Shown here: one piece after another, positions 1 to 15,257 of the stretch
Numbering within the stretch: position 1 is the stretch's first letter
Layout: each line of letters begins with the position of its first letter
Assembly: GCF_009914755.1 (NCBI RefSeq)
Contig: NC_060947.1
Origin: the human T2T-CHM13v2.0 reference genome, Homo sapiens
Reading direction: 5' to 3' (one strand)
DNA: 64,000 nucleotides
Program-made: the position numbers and the translations under genes
Notes under the pieces: generated by a model
Databases searched by the model: none
Told to the model about the DNA's origin: nothing
Seen by the model: only the letters and a program-made list of their open reading frames with translations

Positions 1-294
1 TCTGTTTTCACCCACAGCCCTTTGCCTAGTGTGTAGTTCATAGCAGGAATTTGATATTTTTTATAGGCCAAAGAGGTTCTTTCCTCAATGTGCAGCACAA
101 GCCCAGTCTGAAAGTATTTTCTCTAATATTTTAAAATATTATCGACATTTAACCTTCACCATATAAATTATATGACATCTTCAGCTTACCTATCATTGTT
201 CTTATTATCTAAACCATGACTTTTGCCATTTGAGTATAGAAGTGTCCTGAGTTACAGAGTCAAGGCTGGTTTCACTATGATGTCAACACAGACA

Positions 295-470
295 TTGGAC
301 GAGGAGTTCAGAATCCTGGCATCTGTTCGCTGCATCATGAGCAAGTTCACATTACCTCTGGAAGCTTCAATTTCTTTACTTTTTTGGTTTTCATTCTTTT
401 AAAAATAACTAGATTGAACTGAACGATTTCTTTTGGTTTTCTTTTAGCTCTAACATTTTATGCTTCTATT
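295..470 (+). mobile_element. MIR/MIR3 SINE fragment
   Basis: Degenerate MIR core: gagcaagttcacattacctctggaagcttcaatttc. Confidence 0.45.
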
Positions 471-1247
471 AATGATTTAACATTCAGATAGAATATTAGT
501 TTCTTTGTTTTGGAGTTTTTTGCTCAGCCTAAAGAAAGCCCAGTGGCTAGTCAGTGTTCCTGGGCTGGCTTCATTCTCCCTAGACCCCCTCCTAGTGGCT
601 TGGTTCCCCTGAAAGACTCCTTTGTTGCCTTCTCAGAGTGTCCAGCCAAGATAGATCATGATGCATCCCATTGATGTTTTGTCTTATAGAAGTTCTAAAC
701 TAGCTACCTTCTGACCAGGACCTGAGGCCAATGTCAACATGCTTTGTTTATCCCATCAAGTACTTTTTAATGTGAACCAATGCTATAAAATTGGGAGATT
801 TCACACAAAAATTTAGATTTTTAGTTTCTTTAAAAACTCAAGATCTTTGGCCACATGGGGTTGGCATTCTTTTAGGGCAAAAACTGGCTGGGTCTGAGTA
901 GCAGTGGCCCCCCTTTTGGACTGGAAGTTCACTCTCTGGTTCATGACTCACCATTCTGTGCTGCTTTTTGTGCCCTGCACTTCTCCCACATTGACTCACT
1001 TTCCCAGTCATTGTAGATATTTGGATTTGATCCACACAGGATGACCCAAGTTGGAAAGGCACCTCAATGACGAAACATCAGTGCAATATGAACCCTGTCC
1101 AGGTATGCAGCTCAGTTTCTCATCTCTTTTTGCTGAGACCTCCAAGAGTCACGTACCATTGGTCAAAGTATTATCTAAAAATAGTAAGCAAATTAAGGGA
1201 ACAGGACTTCGCTGTGTTTAGTCATGGTTTTCACAAATGCCTCAGAT

Positions 1248-1745
<498 letters not shown>

Positions 1746-4694
1746 TAGAAGCTCCAAATCCACAAGTACTGACATCATCAGCCTAGAGAAATCCTCAAAA
1801 AGTCTGGGGAGTTATTTGTGGCTGGTTTTGCAGCCTTTATGGTGTCAGTAGAAACTGTACCTAAGAATAGCCTCCTCCTCACAAACTGGAATGCCCATCT
1901 GGCTGGGGTTTCCATCACACCTGGCAGTGCTGGAGAGATGCACTTCCAGCATGGGCCATTTAACCAGCACTACCTCCTTTCATTTATGTGAAAAATGTAG
2001 GGTGGAGTAGGGGTGGGAAAAAGGCCTAAATCTAGTGTTGACAGGTGAAAAAGAGAAGGGGGAGATGGAGGGCTGGTGACTTACAATCCAAATGGCATTT
2101 CATCTATTATGAAAAAAAAAAATGGTTTCAAGATCTTAGCTTTTAAGATGATTGAGGAAAGAGTGAAAAATAAACTGGTGGTAAGACAGACAAAAATATA
2201 AGTTAAGAAGAAGTTGCTTCTATTTGAAGTGTTTGTTTTCTTCCAAGTGTCCCCATTTGGGTTACTTTGATCTAGAACATCTGAAAAATGACTTCCCTCT
2301 TGGAGTGTTGTTAAAAATTTAAAAGACCAGGGAAAAATCCAAAGTAATGCCAAATTAATCATTGTTTCCAAAGTTTCCATAGATAAATTATTTCTCCAAA
2401 CGACCCAGAATAATAGGGTGAGAAGAAGGGCTTTAAACAAGAGTGATTCAATGACATTTTCCTCGTGTGCCTTCCCTGTAACATCAGAACAATAGGCTTT
2501 GAATCCAAGCCTAATATGGAATTGAAAAATTGCAGACTTAGGGTTTATGATGAATACAACCCAGCTGGAGCATTCAATGAACAATGGCAGGAGGGTTTGG
2601 TGAAGCCAATCTGGCCCGCTGTGGTTCTGCCACAAGGGAACGATGGGTTTTAAAGGACACAACCTAATTTCTCTCTGCAGCTGGGTGTCATTGACTAATG
2701 AAAATATATTGGCACACTGCTCATGGGTTATTGTTCCATGTAACTGCACCTCTTAGCTGGGGATTTGTAAGCAGGCCATGATTGAAAGCAATATGACTGT
2801 GCTTGGTTATTAAAATATTCCAAATACAGCCTGCCCTATTTATTGGAAACAAAGTTTGACAAGATTATGTTGATATGAGGAGCAGATAATGAAACATCTC
2901 CGTGCACAGGCACTGCCAATGTCAACTGGGCAGAATTACAGTCCTTAAATATTTATATAGGAAAATGAAATACAACTATTAATACTTCCAGGAAGTGATA
3001 CAGTGTGAGAGGAGAAATAGACATGAGGAATAGGATTCTGGGCTACTTCTAACAGGCCAATTTATCATTTTTATAAAATGGCTGCATGTCTCATTTGTGG
3101 AAACTCTTCAAAGAATGAGAAAAAGCATAAACACCTCTAAAACCTCTAAAAATGAGGCATGTTTAAACAAATGTGTTACAAAACCTGATGACTAAATTAA
3201 TGTGTTAGAAAGGCTTCATTTTTGTAAGGGCAACTTCTTCTAGGATAATTTAAGCTCTAGCCTATTTATTTATTTAGTAATTTGAAAGCACACTTTATTA
3301 ACTTGGATAATGTAATTCTGTTTTCTTTTGCTTTGTATTGTCTTTGGGAGAAATGTCTAAAAGCAAAAAAGGTAAATGTCCAGACAGGCATTATTCACCT
3401 TAAAAAGCACATAAAACAATAGAAAAGGCAGTAGTCTAAGAATCAGAGGATCTGAGTTTTAATCCGATGTTTGCCTCTAGCCTGAATTGTAGAAAAGTTG
3501 CTTTCACATTTCATGCCTAATTTCCACACTTACTTGTCATATTTACCGTCTGTATTTTGGCATTTGACAATATCTTTATTTTTCTGTAAATATTTTAGGA
3601 ATGCATGTCTCATATTCAGCAAATTTATGCATTTTCATTATCTGATTTCTTATGGTTTCCATCCATTTAAACACGGAGGGTTATGAACAGCCACAACTTT
3701 CCTGGTTCTGGGGCCTTTGGGTCCCCCGCCCTCCAGTTTTCCCTTTCTCTGACTTTTGCCCTTTCCTCACTCTGTCACTCATTCTAAAGTGACATGCTTT
3801 CTGCCCCTCATCCTTTCTCGATCCCCTTCTTTTGTCCCTTAGTCTCCTCACTCTTTGCCCTTTAGCAGCCTCCTCTCTGAGGTGGGCAGCCCAGGGGTGC
3901 TTTTTGCAGGCTTGACATCTCTCTCCTGCCCTTGATGGAGCAAAGTCAATTATACTTTGCTTAAAATGCTGTTTTAAAGGCAAAATGAAAACCACTCAAC
4001 TAAAATTTAAAAGTCTTCAAAAGGCTGTTAAAATCATCACATTCAATATAAAATGGCCTGAGCTATACAGTCCTCTTAGAAATACATTTTTAAATAAACC
4101 AATAAGTTTAGCTAATTGGCAAACTGCTCATTTGCTGAATCAATTTTAAATGAATTGCACTAGAGCCAAAACTGGTCTTATTTTTGCTCTTCTCTTTCCT
4201 TCTTTCCGTCCTCCAACCACCTCCTCTTTTTTTTTCCCACCATCTTCAGTCAATGTTCAATTTGCTGATGATGACTTCGGTATTGAACTGAATAAAGCAG
4301 TTGGCAGGAATGTGTAGAAGATAGAAAAAAGGAACACGGCTTGATTGCAGCAGTTTCCAGACTATGTCCCAAGTAGCATTTCCCAAAGCCTCTTCCAGAG
4401 TTTGATTCAAGAGCAGAATTTGATTCAGGAGCATTCTGGGGTTGCGAGGAGAGGTCTTAAAATATGTTACCACTTGGAATTACTTTTCTGAGTGAATAAG
4501 GATTTTCTCATTACTGTGTAATAAAAAATGAAGAAAAATTGGATGTTGAAACTGATGTGTTGACATCCATAGCCACCAATTTCAAAAATTTCCAGAAATA
4601 ATGCAGCTTTCATTAGTTATATATATTGAGGTTACATAAGATTGGATTCAGGGGAAAATGGTTTCATTGTTAATAAATGCTTAAGAACCACTGA

Positions 4695-4830
4695 CAGTAT
4701 AAAGAAGAGAACTGTGGACTTGGAAAATGAAGACCGTTTCATATCCATAAACTACTAGTAACTAGCTAGGTGACCCTGAGTAAATCATTTAAAAGTTTTG
4801 GGCTTCAGTTTACATGTATGACACAAGAGA
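4695..4830 (+). mobile_element. MIR fragment
   Basis: actagctaggtgaccctgagtaaatcatttaa...gcttcagtttac MIR core. Confidence 0.6.
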
Positions 4831-4881
4831 GAACTGTGTTAGCATCCTTTTTAGAAAACAAATAAAAATAACGTATATGAG

Positions 4882-5266
4882 TAATATGGTTTGGATTTGT
4901 GTCCCTGCCCAAATCTCATGTCAAATTGTAATCCCCAATGTTGGAGGATGGGCCTGGTGAGAGGTGATTGGATCATGGGGGCAGATTTCCCCCTTGCTGT
5001 TCTGGTGATAGTGAGTTCTCATGAGACCTGGTTGTTTAAAAGTGTGTAGCACTTCCCACTTCGCTCTCTTCCTTCTTCAACCATGTAAAACATGCCTGCT
5101 TCTCCTTCGCTTTCCACAATGTTTGTAAGTTTCCCGATGCCTCCTCAGCCATGCTTCCTGTACAGCATGCAGAACTGTGAGCCAATTAAACCTCTTTTCT
5201 TTATAAATTACCCAGACTCAGGTATTTCTTTAGAGCCATAGAGCCATGTGAGAACAGACTAATACA
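4882..5266 (+). mobile_element. MaLR solo LTR (MSTA-like)
   Basis: taatatggtttggatttgtgtccc...cagactaataca termini; 5-bp TSD atgag at 4877-4881 and 5267-5271. Confidence 0.92.
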
Positions 5267-5899
5267 ATGAGGACTGAGAATCCCAGGAGATATATGAATG
5301 TTTAAAAAGAAGCTGGTTGGTGCAAAGAAATGTCTAGTAGGTGACAAACGTGGAGGAATGATCTTTGTCTCACATTAATCTCATCTCATTTGTCTAATCT
5401 CATCTCAGCTATGTAACACTCACTTGCTCTTTCTTTACCTTAGCAAGTGGTCCTACTTACCAGGTTGCTCAGAAAAATATAAAGGCCAATATGAGCCAGT
5501 ATAGAGAATTCATGAATACCCAAGGGTACCACTGTAAGGACTATTCTATTCCTACTTATGAGGACCTTGAAGTTGACCTGCACTAGATGCTGAACATACA
5601 TGATGAGATTGTCTCATATCCCACTTTTGCCAATACCACTCTTCTACAGCATGTACTTTCTTCCGTAAAATTCAGATTCCTCAAAAGAGTTATTGCCTGA
5701 GGAATCCTGAAAACAAAATAATAGCCTTGTAAGCGTTCAGGTACTTCCTCAGCCTGCCTTCCTTGCTCGCTAGGCAGCCTTGATTCAAATTCCTGTCTTA
5801 TACAAATTATAAGTTACTAAGTATCCTGGATGTGCAGAAGCATTCTAGCAGTGTCAGAGCCTTAGATACTAAATCCTAGGTGGCTGAAGGTCTTTTGGG

Positions 5900-6030
5900 C
5901 AGTATGAAAGGCTCAGACTCTAAATTTAAATACCTGAATCTGAAAGGTGGCTCTGCACTTACTACCTAGGTATCCTTGGGCAAGCTAGTAAACTTCAGGT
6001 TCATCCACTATAAAGTGGGAATAAGAAAAA
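5900..6030 (+). mobile_element. MIR fragment
   Basis: ggctctgcacttactacctaggtatccttgggcaag...ctataaagtgggaataa. Confidence 0.7.
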
Positions 6031-6381
6031 ACTTCTAGGTTTAATATCATGTTCTAGTTAAATCACTAAAATCAATCGGCTGAACAGCTGATTTGTTGAA
6101 TAACAGCATTTTTCAAGTGACCTATTAGCCTCATTTATGAAATTCATCAATTTGTCAAAAACTTGCTTCCTCATTATCTCTCAGACACACTGCATTTAAT
6201 ATTGAATGGGATGGTTCTAACAGCTTTAGAAGATTTCTGTGAAGTTTTACTTGACTAGTTTTCATCCTGTCTTTATAGCAGCATTTTTAAGGAATATTCA
6301 ATTTGTTACAACTAAGATTGGTAGGGTGCTTTAATATTTGTACAAACACATTTAGTAACCAGAAAATGTATTTTTCTATTA

Positions 6382-6419
6382 TACAACATTTTAGAAGTTC
6401 TACAACATTTTAGAAGTTC
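6382..6419. repeat. Perfect 19-bp tandem duplication
   Basis: tacaacattttagaagttc x2. Confidence 0.95.
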
Positions 6420-6609
6420 ATGTGGGATTTTTTTTAGTTTATGTAGAATTCCTTTGGATCTTCTGGAGTGTCATTTTCTGTTTTACTCTGCTTTTACCAT
6501 TTTTAGGATTTTTTTCATCACAGTCTCAAGTAGGAAATCAACTTCTATTTGGCCATTTGGAGAGCCAGATACTTGGCAAATCTATTTTCAACACATTGTG
6601 CTGCTTCTA

Positions 6610-6875
6610 TTAAGTTCAACACATATTTCTTGAGTGCCTATAATGTGCCATCTTTGGTTCTGATCATAGTAAGAGGACTAGACAGACAGGGCCCTGTTTG
6701 TTCATTTCCCATTCCAGTGGAAGAGATCAGCAATACATAAAAGGTGATAACCCCTATGAAGAAAATAGAACTGGGTGTCAGAATAGACAGTGCTATAGTA
6801 CTGGGGCAGCAGACTGCTATCTTAGATAAGGTGGTTAGACAAAGCTTCTGGAGGTGAAGACACTGAGCTCAGGAG
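6610..6875 (-). mobile_element. L2 3' end fragment
   Basis: ttcaacacatatttcttgagtgcctataatgtgcca is the reverse complement of the L2 terminus. Confidence 0.75.
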
Positions 6876-7152
6876 ATGGCCTTTGTTGGGAGGGGTAGTT
6901 CTAAGCCATGGGGCAGAAAAATATTGCTGGGGTGAGACAAGAACCAAAAGCAGTGGCCAAAGACAATATTCATTAGCTTTGCTATTGTGGTTGAGGGTTG
7001 CCTAGCCTAAATGTATTTCTTTTCATTGTGGTATGTTTGGTTTATGTGTGATCATTCATATAAAGACTGGATGTTTATGTGCTATTTTTCCCTCTTCTGC
7101 TATATAAATATTAAGTATTGGCTATATTCAGAAACACAGCAGCGCCATGGGA

Positions 7153-7154
<2 letters not shown>

Positions 7155-7183
<29 letters not shown>
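7155..7183. repeat. (TA)n microsatellite
   Basis: Directly visible. Confidence 0.95.
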
Positions 7184-7185
<2 letters not shown>

Positions 7186-7774
7186 AAACAATCAATCAAG
7201 TTGGACATTTTTGGCAAAACGTTTCCAGAGTACACTTTCATTGATATAGTTTTAAAATGCTGTAGCAGCATTTTAGTGCCTGATTAATGGGTTTATTTAC
7301 TCCAAAGCCTGCTTGAAACTATAATGTCTTTGAAAAAAATATTGAAAAGATGCTTCAGAAAAGCTCATCAGCATTATTTCATTTACCATACTTTCTTGTG
7401 CTAATCTTCACTCTAACAAAAATATCAGTGGATACTAATTCTATAGTGGTTTATGTAGGTAAAAGCCTTTTATTTCAGTACAAAATATATATGCATTGCC
7501 TACAGAGTAAAACGAAAAATAAGATATGAAAAACACATTGTAGAGCCATTTTGAGAACACGGATGGGGTATAACTGGGAATCATGTCTGCTCCTTACAGA
7601 GTGTGTAACTTGGCATCCAAGTAAATCACAACAAGAAGGTTGAAGAGCCACTTGGGAATCTATCAGATAAAGCAATGTATCATACAGAGGGTCAGTGAAG
7701 TATTGGTGCTGTTTGAGAGTCTATGAGGGGTTTGAACAGCACCACCCTGTAAGCTTTATTTCAGGGGACTGGAG

Positions 7775-7905
7775 ACCTGCCTGTGCATCTGTGTTACCTG
7801 GGAAGATTTCTGGGCCTTATCTCAGACCTGTAAGTAACAATCTTGAGAGTAGGGCCAATAAAAAAAAATAAAGAAATGCTTTCCAGGTGATTGTAATGCA
7901 TGCAC
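7775..7905. mobile_element. MER5A-like MITE fragment
   Basis: tttctgggccttatctcagacct...ttccaggtgattgtaatgca. Confidence 0.55.
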
Positions 7906-9689
7906 AGGGAGCAGGTTTATTTTCAGAAACCATCTTTGTATGTTAAGAGACAAAACCAAATCCAGAAAAGAGAATTCTAGAATAGCTTGCAAGTTGTGTT
8001 TCCATAGAAGGATGATGGGGTCACCTGAGTTGGCAATGGAGATGGCAGTGGTAAGAGGGAGGCCAAACAGACAGGGCTTTGAAGCCCTGGCCCTACTTCA
8101 CAAAGCAAATTCATTTTTATCTGTTTTAATGTTTTTATTTCATGTTGAAATATTCCGGTCTTGTACTTAGTAGCATTAAAGTAATATGCACCCAGACATG
8201 TTGTGTGGAGGACAGATGATAGCAGAGAAGCTGTAGGATATTGTAAAGCAGGGCCTGACACAGGGAGAGATCTCAGGCTGGATTTGTTTTAATTCTGTGC
8301 AAACAAACGGTTTGTGGGCCCTCATTTCCACATCAACATTTTCCTCCTTGTTGTCCAAAGCTCTGATCTCTGCTGGAAGGGCCTGATAATTAAACTAAGC
8401 TCTTGACAGGAGAGTTGTCCGTGGTTGGGTCCAAAAAAGTTATTGGGATATAGGCACCATGCCATTCTTGCTAGGCATCCATGAGTGATGTAGAGGCTGC
8501 TGTTAACAGGAGGTCCTTGCTGCTTGGTGACAAGCAGGCTAATTATTATAGCTCCTTGCTGCACGGATGAAGTGTGGGACTCACCAGCACCTGGCTGGAT
8601 AGTTTTGGGAACTGGCTTAGCTTCCTTATGCCTCCCTGGTTCTGGCAATTGCTGGCTCTCACTTGAGCAAAGACCATGGTGTTTCTCGAGTGCTGACTCA
8701 GCTCCTCTCTTTGTGGTTACTTCATTTAGTCCTCTCATCTCTTCTCCCAACAGCCTCTCTTCTGGGTAATGTTTCTCTTTATTTCCCCCCCCTCTGCTTG
8801 GGAAGCCCTTGTCCGGACCTGTGATGAATGGTCTGCCCTTTCCTCCATTCTCCTTTGATTAAGGCATAAACTTTATGTCTTGTTCCTTCAAGGTTTGGCC
8901 TTTTGGATTCCAAAATTCCTAACTCTTGTTTATCAAACATCTTGGACTTCAAGTGGCCATGGTATATTTTCATTGGGGGTGAGTGAGGAATGGTAATTAT
9001 GTAAACAAGAAAGGAGTTTCTAAATAACATATTGGTTAATTTCTCAAAATATTACCCTATTGTTGTGATAGGGGTCCAATATTTAAGACAGAAGAAATGT
9101 GCTGAAAATGCAGTAAATACCATTTTTTAAATCCAGTAATAAAATTACAGAAACAAAAGAGTGTGCCCTATTGTGGAGGAATTTGAAATGAAGAGTCATT
9201 TCATGAACAAAACTTTGGATGGGTTGAAGGGTAAGGCCAGAGTCATCATGGCAGGTTCGGGTGTCAAACTAATAAGGAAGGCCACATATGAAAAAAACAG
9301 TTCCATGTTTACTCAAGAACAGGAAAGAACTATTACTAATGTATCAACTATGTGTATATAGACAAATGTATTCATAATATGTATATACAACAGGTAGACA
9401 ATATAATGGCTTTTCACAGACATTAGCCAGTGGCTACAGTAGGAGGAGAGAGAAACAAATCTATTTTATTGTCTTGTCTCTTTGTGGATAAATTTCCTTC
9501 CACAGGATATTTGTTATTTAAGTAAAGCCCTGCAATGAACAGAGCTATTAGCCTAAGAAATGTTGTGAGTAATTTGCCAAGGACTAAACTTATGAGTCTA
9601 TGCCAGGCAATTCTTGTCAATAGCTTGTCTGAGAGAAACAGTATCTGCAGAAGCATTGTCTGAAGGACATGGAATCCATTCATTTCTCT

Positions 9690-10192
9690 CAGAAATTCTC
9701 AATGAAGCTGTGATGGTCGTTTGGGATATTAGACATCTTTATTGTGTAAGGTGTAAGGAAGGGGTCCAGTTTCAGTTTTCTGCATATGGGCACAGGGAAG
9801 GGAACGTCACACACCAGGGCCTGTCAGGGGGTTGGGGGAAAGGGGAGGGACAACATTAGGAGAAATACCTAATGTAGATGATGGGTTGATGGGCGCAGCA
9901 AACCACCATGGCACATGTATACCTATGTAGCAAACCTACACATTCTGCACATGTATCCCAGAACTTAAAGTATAATAAAAAAAAATAAGTACATGAAAAA
10001 ACAAACAAACAAACAAAACCAACAAAAAAAGAAATCTTTATTGTGTGGGACTATCCTATGCATTTTAGTATCTTTAAAATTCCCAGAACTTTCCCACTAA
10101 ACACCAGTGATGCTCACCTCGCATCACTGTGACGAGTAACAATTTCCCTCCTACAGTTCCAAAGCCAAAGCACCCCTGCTTAGGTACCACTG
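9690..10192. mobile_element. MER20-like hAT MITE, split by an L1PA insertion
   Basis: ctttattgtgt|gggactatcctatgcatt...cccactaaacaccagt...taccactg matches MER20 across the L1. Confidence 0.7.
9748..10029 (+). mobile_element. 5'-truncated, 5'-inverted L1PA (PA7-like) 3' end
   Basis: L1PA 3'UTR ending aacttaaagtataataaaa plus A-rich tail; antisense ORF2 piece at 9748-9788; 17-bp TSD aga(c/a)atctttattgtgt at 9731-9747 and 10030-10046. Confidence 0.92.
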
Positions 10193-10299
10193 CTAGACAA
10201 CATAAAATATATTAACTGATAAACCAGAGAACTGAGTACTTGAATCAATTATATAGGCAACCCAATAGACTCCTAGCTGGTATTATACTTTCTGAGTCA

Positions 10300-10715
<416 letters not shown>

Positions 10716-10878
10716 TCATGAAACTTTTTATGGGCATTTAAATAATTTTAATTACCAATTTTGAACTTTTCTATAATTGAGGAATGAATGGCTTACCCTC
10801 CTTAAGAGAGTTTCCATCCTAAGTAAATAGTGTGGGGATGCGACTGGGAAAGAGAGTTATATTTAAGAGCAGAAGGCC

Positions 10879-10880
<2 letters not shown>

Positions 10881-10935
<55 letters not shown>

Positions 10936-10953
10936 ACGAAAGAGAGAGAGAGA

Positions 10954-10956
<3 letters not shown>
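10881..10956. repeat. Compound (TG)n(AG)n microsatellite
   Basis: Directly visible; occupies the tail position of the downstream minus-strand Alu. Confidence 0.95.
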
Positions 10957-11532
<576 letters not shown>

Positions 11533-14431
11533 CAGAAGGCCTTTTCGGCATCCCTGAAATATAACCTGAGCACCGCTGTCTGCTCAGGGCCTGAAGTTGG
11601 AAGTGGTTACCTTTATCCCTTGTTTATCTGGATGTCATTACGATTTTTTTTTCAAGTGCAGTGAAGAATTAAAGATCTTGTCCACCAAACAAACAAATAA
11701 TAAATAAATAAACTTTCTCAGTCATAACTCTAAGAAACTTTTCACTATGTTTACCATAAAGATACTTTTGTCAGCACAATTAAACTGACCTTTCTGAGAC
11801 AGAATTGGGAGATACTTTGTACCCTGGTCTCAGTAGCAGTGGTGCTTTTCCTGAGTAACTAGTTTACTTTTCCCCATATAGATTTCGCATAGTTTGAAAG
11901 TGTCCACTTTCCTATGGGCATTTGGAAACCTGAGAGCCTAAAGTGTTGATCCACCTCTGGCATGAACACTATTGTGTTCCAACCTTACTTCTGGTTCCCT
12001 ATTAGTTTACTGACATTATTTGTCCTTTGACTCACATTTTTCATATTTTAATGGGCTTTTATTTTGCTATGTTACAGGGATTTTGTAAACGGCTTGAAGT
12101 TCTTTATGAATCAAGGTAAGATAACAATGTGTGCACATATTCACATATATTCATAGAGTTCTTGGACTGTGAAATTTGGGGGATGTAAATGTAAGCGTAT
12201 TTGTGACAGCCAAGTAATTTTACTTTCTCTACAGTAACAACAGTTGGAAATGAAAGTAAAACTTTATAGAAGAAGAGCTAAATTAGAGAATTTAATTATT
12301 ATAACAGCACAATTGTTTAATTTGCTAATTGTGGTTTCTTGGTACATAATCCGCATACATTAAAGAGTATAACTCGATGCTTAGCAGGGAGCTTATCGAT
12401 TACTTTGCCTCCTCTAATTATCTAAATTTTAGCAGACTCCCAGACTTAAGGGGATAAATCAGATAATTTATATTATGGTATGTGTGTGCTAATAATATTA
12501 GTTTCTTGTTTTTACAAATTATTATTTGTATGTAAAACGAAGTGTTGAACTGATTATTTTCAGACACTTATAGTCCTAAAATTCTCAACGGCTAAAAAGA
12601 TAGACTAAATTTCCCCTGGAGGTGTTTGTAAACAGCATTTCTATCTAAAAGGTTAGTACATTTGTGGGAAGAAGTAACTGGGTGGAGAGATGGAAAAAAA
12701 TATTCCTCTTATTCAAAGACCCTCTGACCACAGGAAGTTTTACTAATTTAATCACTACTGGCATGGACCATGGAACAGATGAATAAAGTTCAAAATATAA
12801 GTTCAGGCAACAATACAAGATGCCTGTGTACTTAAATTACATGTTCTTGAAGGTCAGAATACTTTTATTTACAAATATCTCCATATCTTAAGTAGGAAAA
12901 TGTTTAATATTGATCTGAAAATATAATGGCTGAGACACTTAATATTTAGGTCACTGAAAAATAAAAATAACTCAAACCCCAAACTTCCTTTACAGTTCAG
13001 GAAACTAGATGCTCGAAAACAGAGGAAAGAGAAACAGAAAATATTTGAGCTAAAATTCAGATAAATCCCTGACTTGAAGCTGTTTGAGTGTGCGTGCGTG
13101 TGCATGTGTACCTGTGTACGCATGTGCGTCCACACGTGTGCCTCAATATGTTTTCTCTTATTGTCTCTCCTACTGACATTGAAACAGTGCCTTTGATTTG
13201 GACAGAAAGAACATGGTTGAAAAATACAGCTTTGAAAATCCAAATTACAAGGTATGGGCTGTTATTAGGATGTTAGATTAGACAGTGGCAGCGGGACAAG
13301 GCAAACAGGTCACAGTGAAGTTCAGAAATAAAAAGATACGCTGCCAAGAGACAACTCATTGAGCTGCTAGCCTTGTTTTCTCCCCCATAATAAAATGATT
13401 TTTGAGAGACTGCTCAGCCAGAAAGGTAAACCATTCTCACAATTTAAAAGTGCCAGTCATCTGTAAAGCCAGAAGCCAAGACAGAAGGATATTTATGAAG
13501 AAGAATAGGATTGCCACTTAAAAGTCAAAAGAAGATAAGAGAAACAAAATGGAGCCTCTATAGCCAAGTTAATTATTTAGGGGCTTGAGTTCAGCTTCTA
13601 GATTTTCCCTCTCCTGAAGCTTTTCTCTCTTCCTTCCTTTGGCCTGCCTTTTAACCATTAAACAGCCCATTTGAATGAGCCTGGGGAAAGGAAAAGGGGA
13701 ACTATACTAAGTCTGTCTTACAACAGTGGTTCACCCAAAGCAATGCAATTCAAAGGCAGAGCAAATAATCAAGTTTTACTTTTTATCTTTGTATTTCATT
13801 TTTTTTTCAAAACCAGATAACGATCATTTAATGATGTGTCAATCTGGAATGCAACTGTGGCACGTGGGTGTGCAGGCGTGGGCAGGGAGCTAGTGTGAGA
13901 AGTCAGCAAAACTTAAATTGACCTATTTTCTCAGAAATAGGGACAGCTGGTAAAGCAGAACCTATCAATGTGGGCTGATACACAAATTGCTCAGTTGGAC
14001 AAATGTATTTGTAGATGTGGACATCACGATGAAGGACTAGATGAATCATTCTGCCCATGTCACTTACCCTAAAAAAAACTTTTGGCATGCTATGTTAATT
14101 TTAAAATAATAATAATCACTTTAAAAGTAACCTTTTTCAACTTTAGAGCAGTGTTAGATTTACAGGACTATTGCAAACACAGTACAGAGAGTTCCCGTAT
14201 GCCCCATATCCAGTTTCACCTATTATTAACATCTTTAGCATGGTACATTTGTCATCATTAGTAAACCAATACTGATACATGATTATTAACTGAAGTTCAT
14301 ACATTATTCAGATTTCCTCAAATCTTCCCTAATGTCTGCTTTCTGTTCCAGGATCCCTTCTAGGATGCCACATTACATTTAATAGAAGTGTCTCCTTAGG
14401 CACCTCTAGGTTGTGAAAGTTTCTCCAACTT

Positions 14432-14463
<32 letters not shown>

Positions 14464-15257
14464 CTATCTTGACAGTTTTGAGGATTACTGGTCAGGTATT
14501 TTGTAGAATGTCCCTCAGTTGGGATTTGTCTGCTGTTTTCTCATGATTAAACTGGGGTTATGGGTTTGTGGAAGGAAGACACAGAAGTAAAAGGTTATTC
14601 TCAACACATTATCACATAAATACAGGCTATCGATACGACTTTCCACTGTCAATATTAATGATCATCTGACTGGTATGTTTGTCAAGTTTCTCCACTGTCA
14701 ACTTACTCTTTTTTTTCCCCCGCCTCCCTTTCCATATTATACTCTTTGGAAGAAAGTTACTATGTGTATGTAACATACACTAAAGGAGTGAGGAGTGAGG
14801 AGCTGTGCTCCACCTCCTTAAGGGCAGAGTATCTCTGTAAATTATTTGGAACTCTTCTACTTGGAAGATGTGTTTATTATGCCCCATTTATTTAATTATT
14901 TAATCACTTATATCAGTTTGGATTCATGGATATTTATATTATAACTTGGGTTGGGTTATAATCCAATACTACTTTATTGCTCAAATTGTTCCAGCTCTTT
15001 TAATTGGCTCCTGTACCCCCTTGTCATACCTCCATCATTATCTGTTGTTTTCTTTTGCATTTTCTACTTTCTGGAACTATGACATGCTCCAGGCTCATCT
15101 TAATGTGGTAGATTACACTGATTGATTTTTTATATTGAACCACCCTTGCATACCTGGAATAAATCCCACTTGATTATAGTATATCGTTCTTATTTAACAT
15201 TATTGGATCTGCTAATATCTTGTTGAAGATTTTTGTATGTATGTCAGTAGTTAACTA

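Noticed and set aside
2081-2749. Longest ORF (222 aa, minus strand)
   Set aside because: Starts at GTG. It is a Leu/Phe/Ile-rich translation of AT-rich DNA with no recognisable domain, exon structure or promoter context, so it is most likely chance.
12062-12121. ttacag...aag|gtaaga micro-exon candidate
   Set aside because: Only ~38 nt with a weak pyrimidine tract, and it resembles the end of an old repeat; no supporting context.
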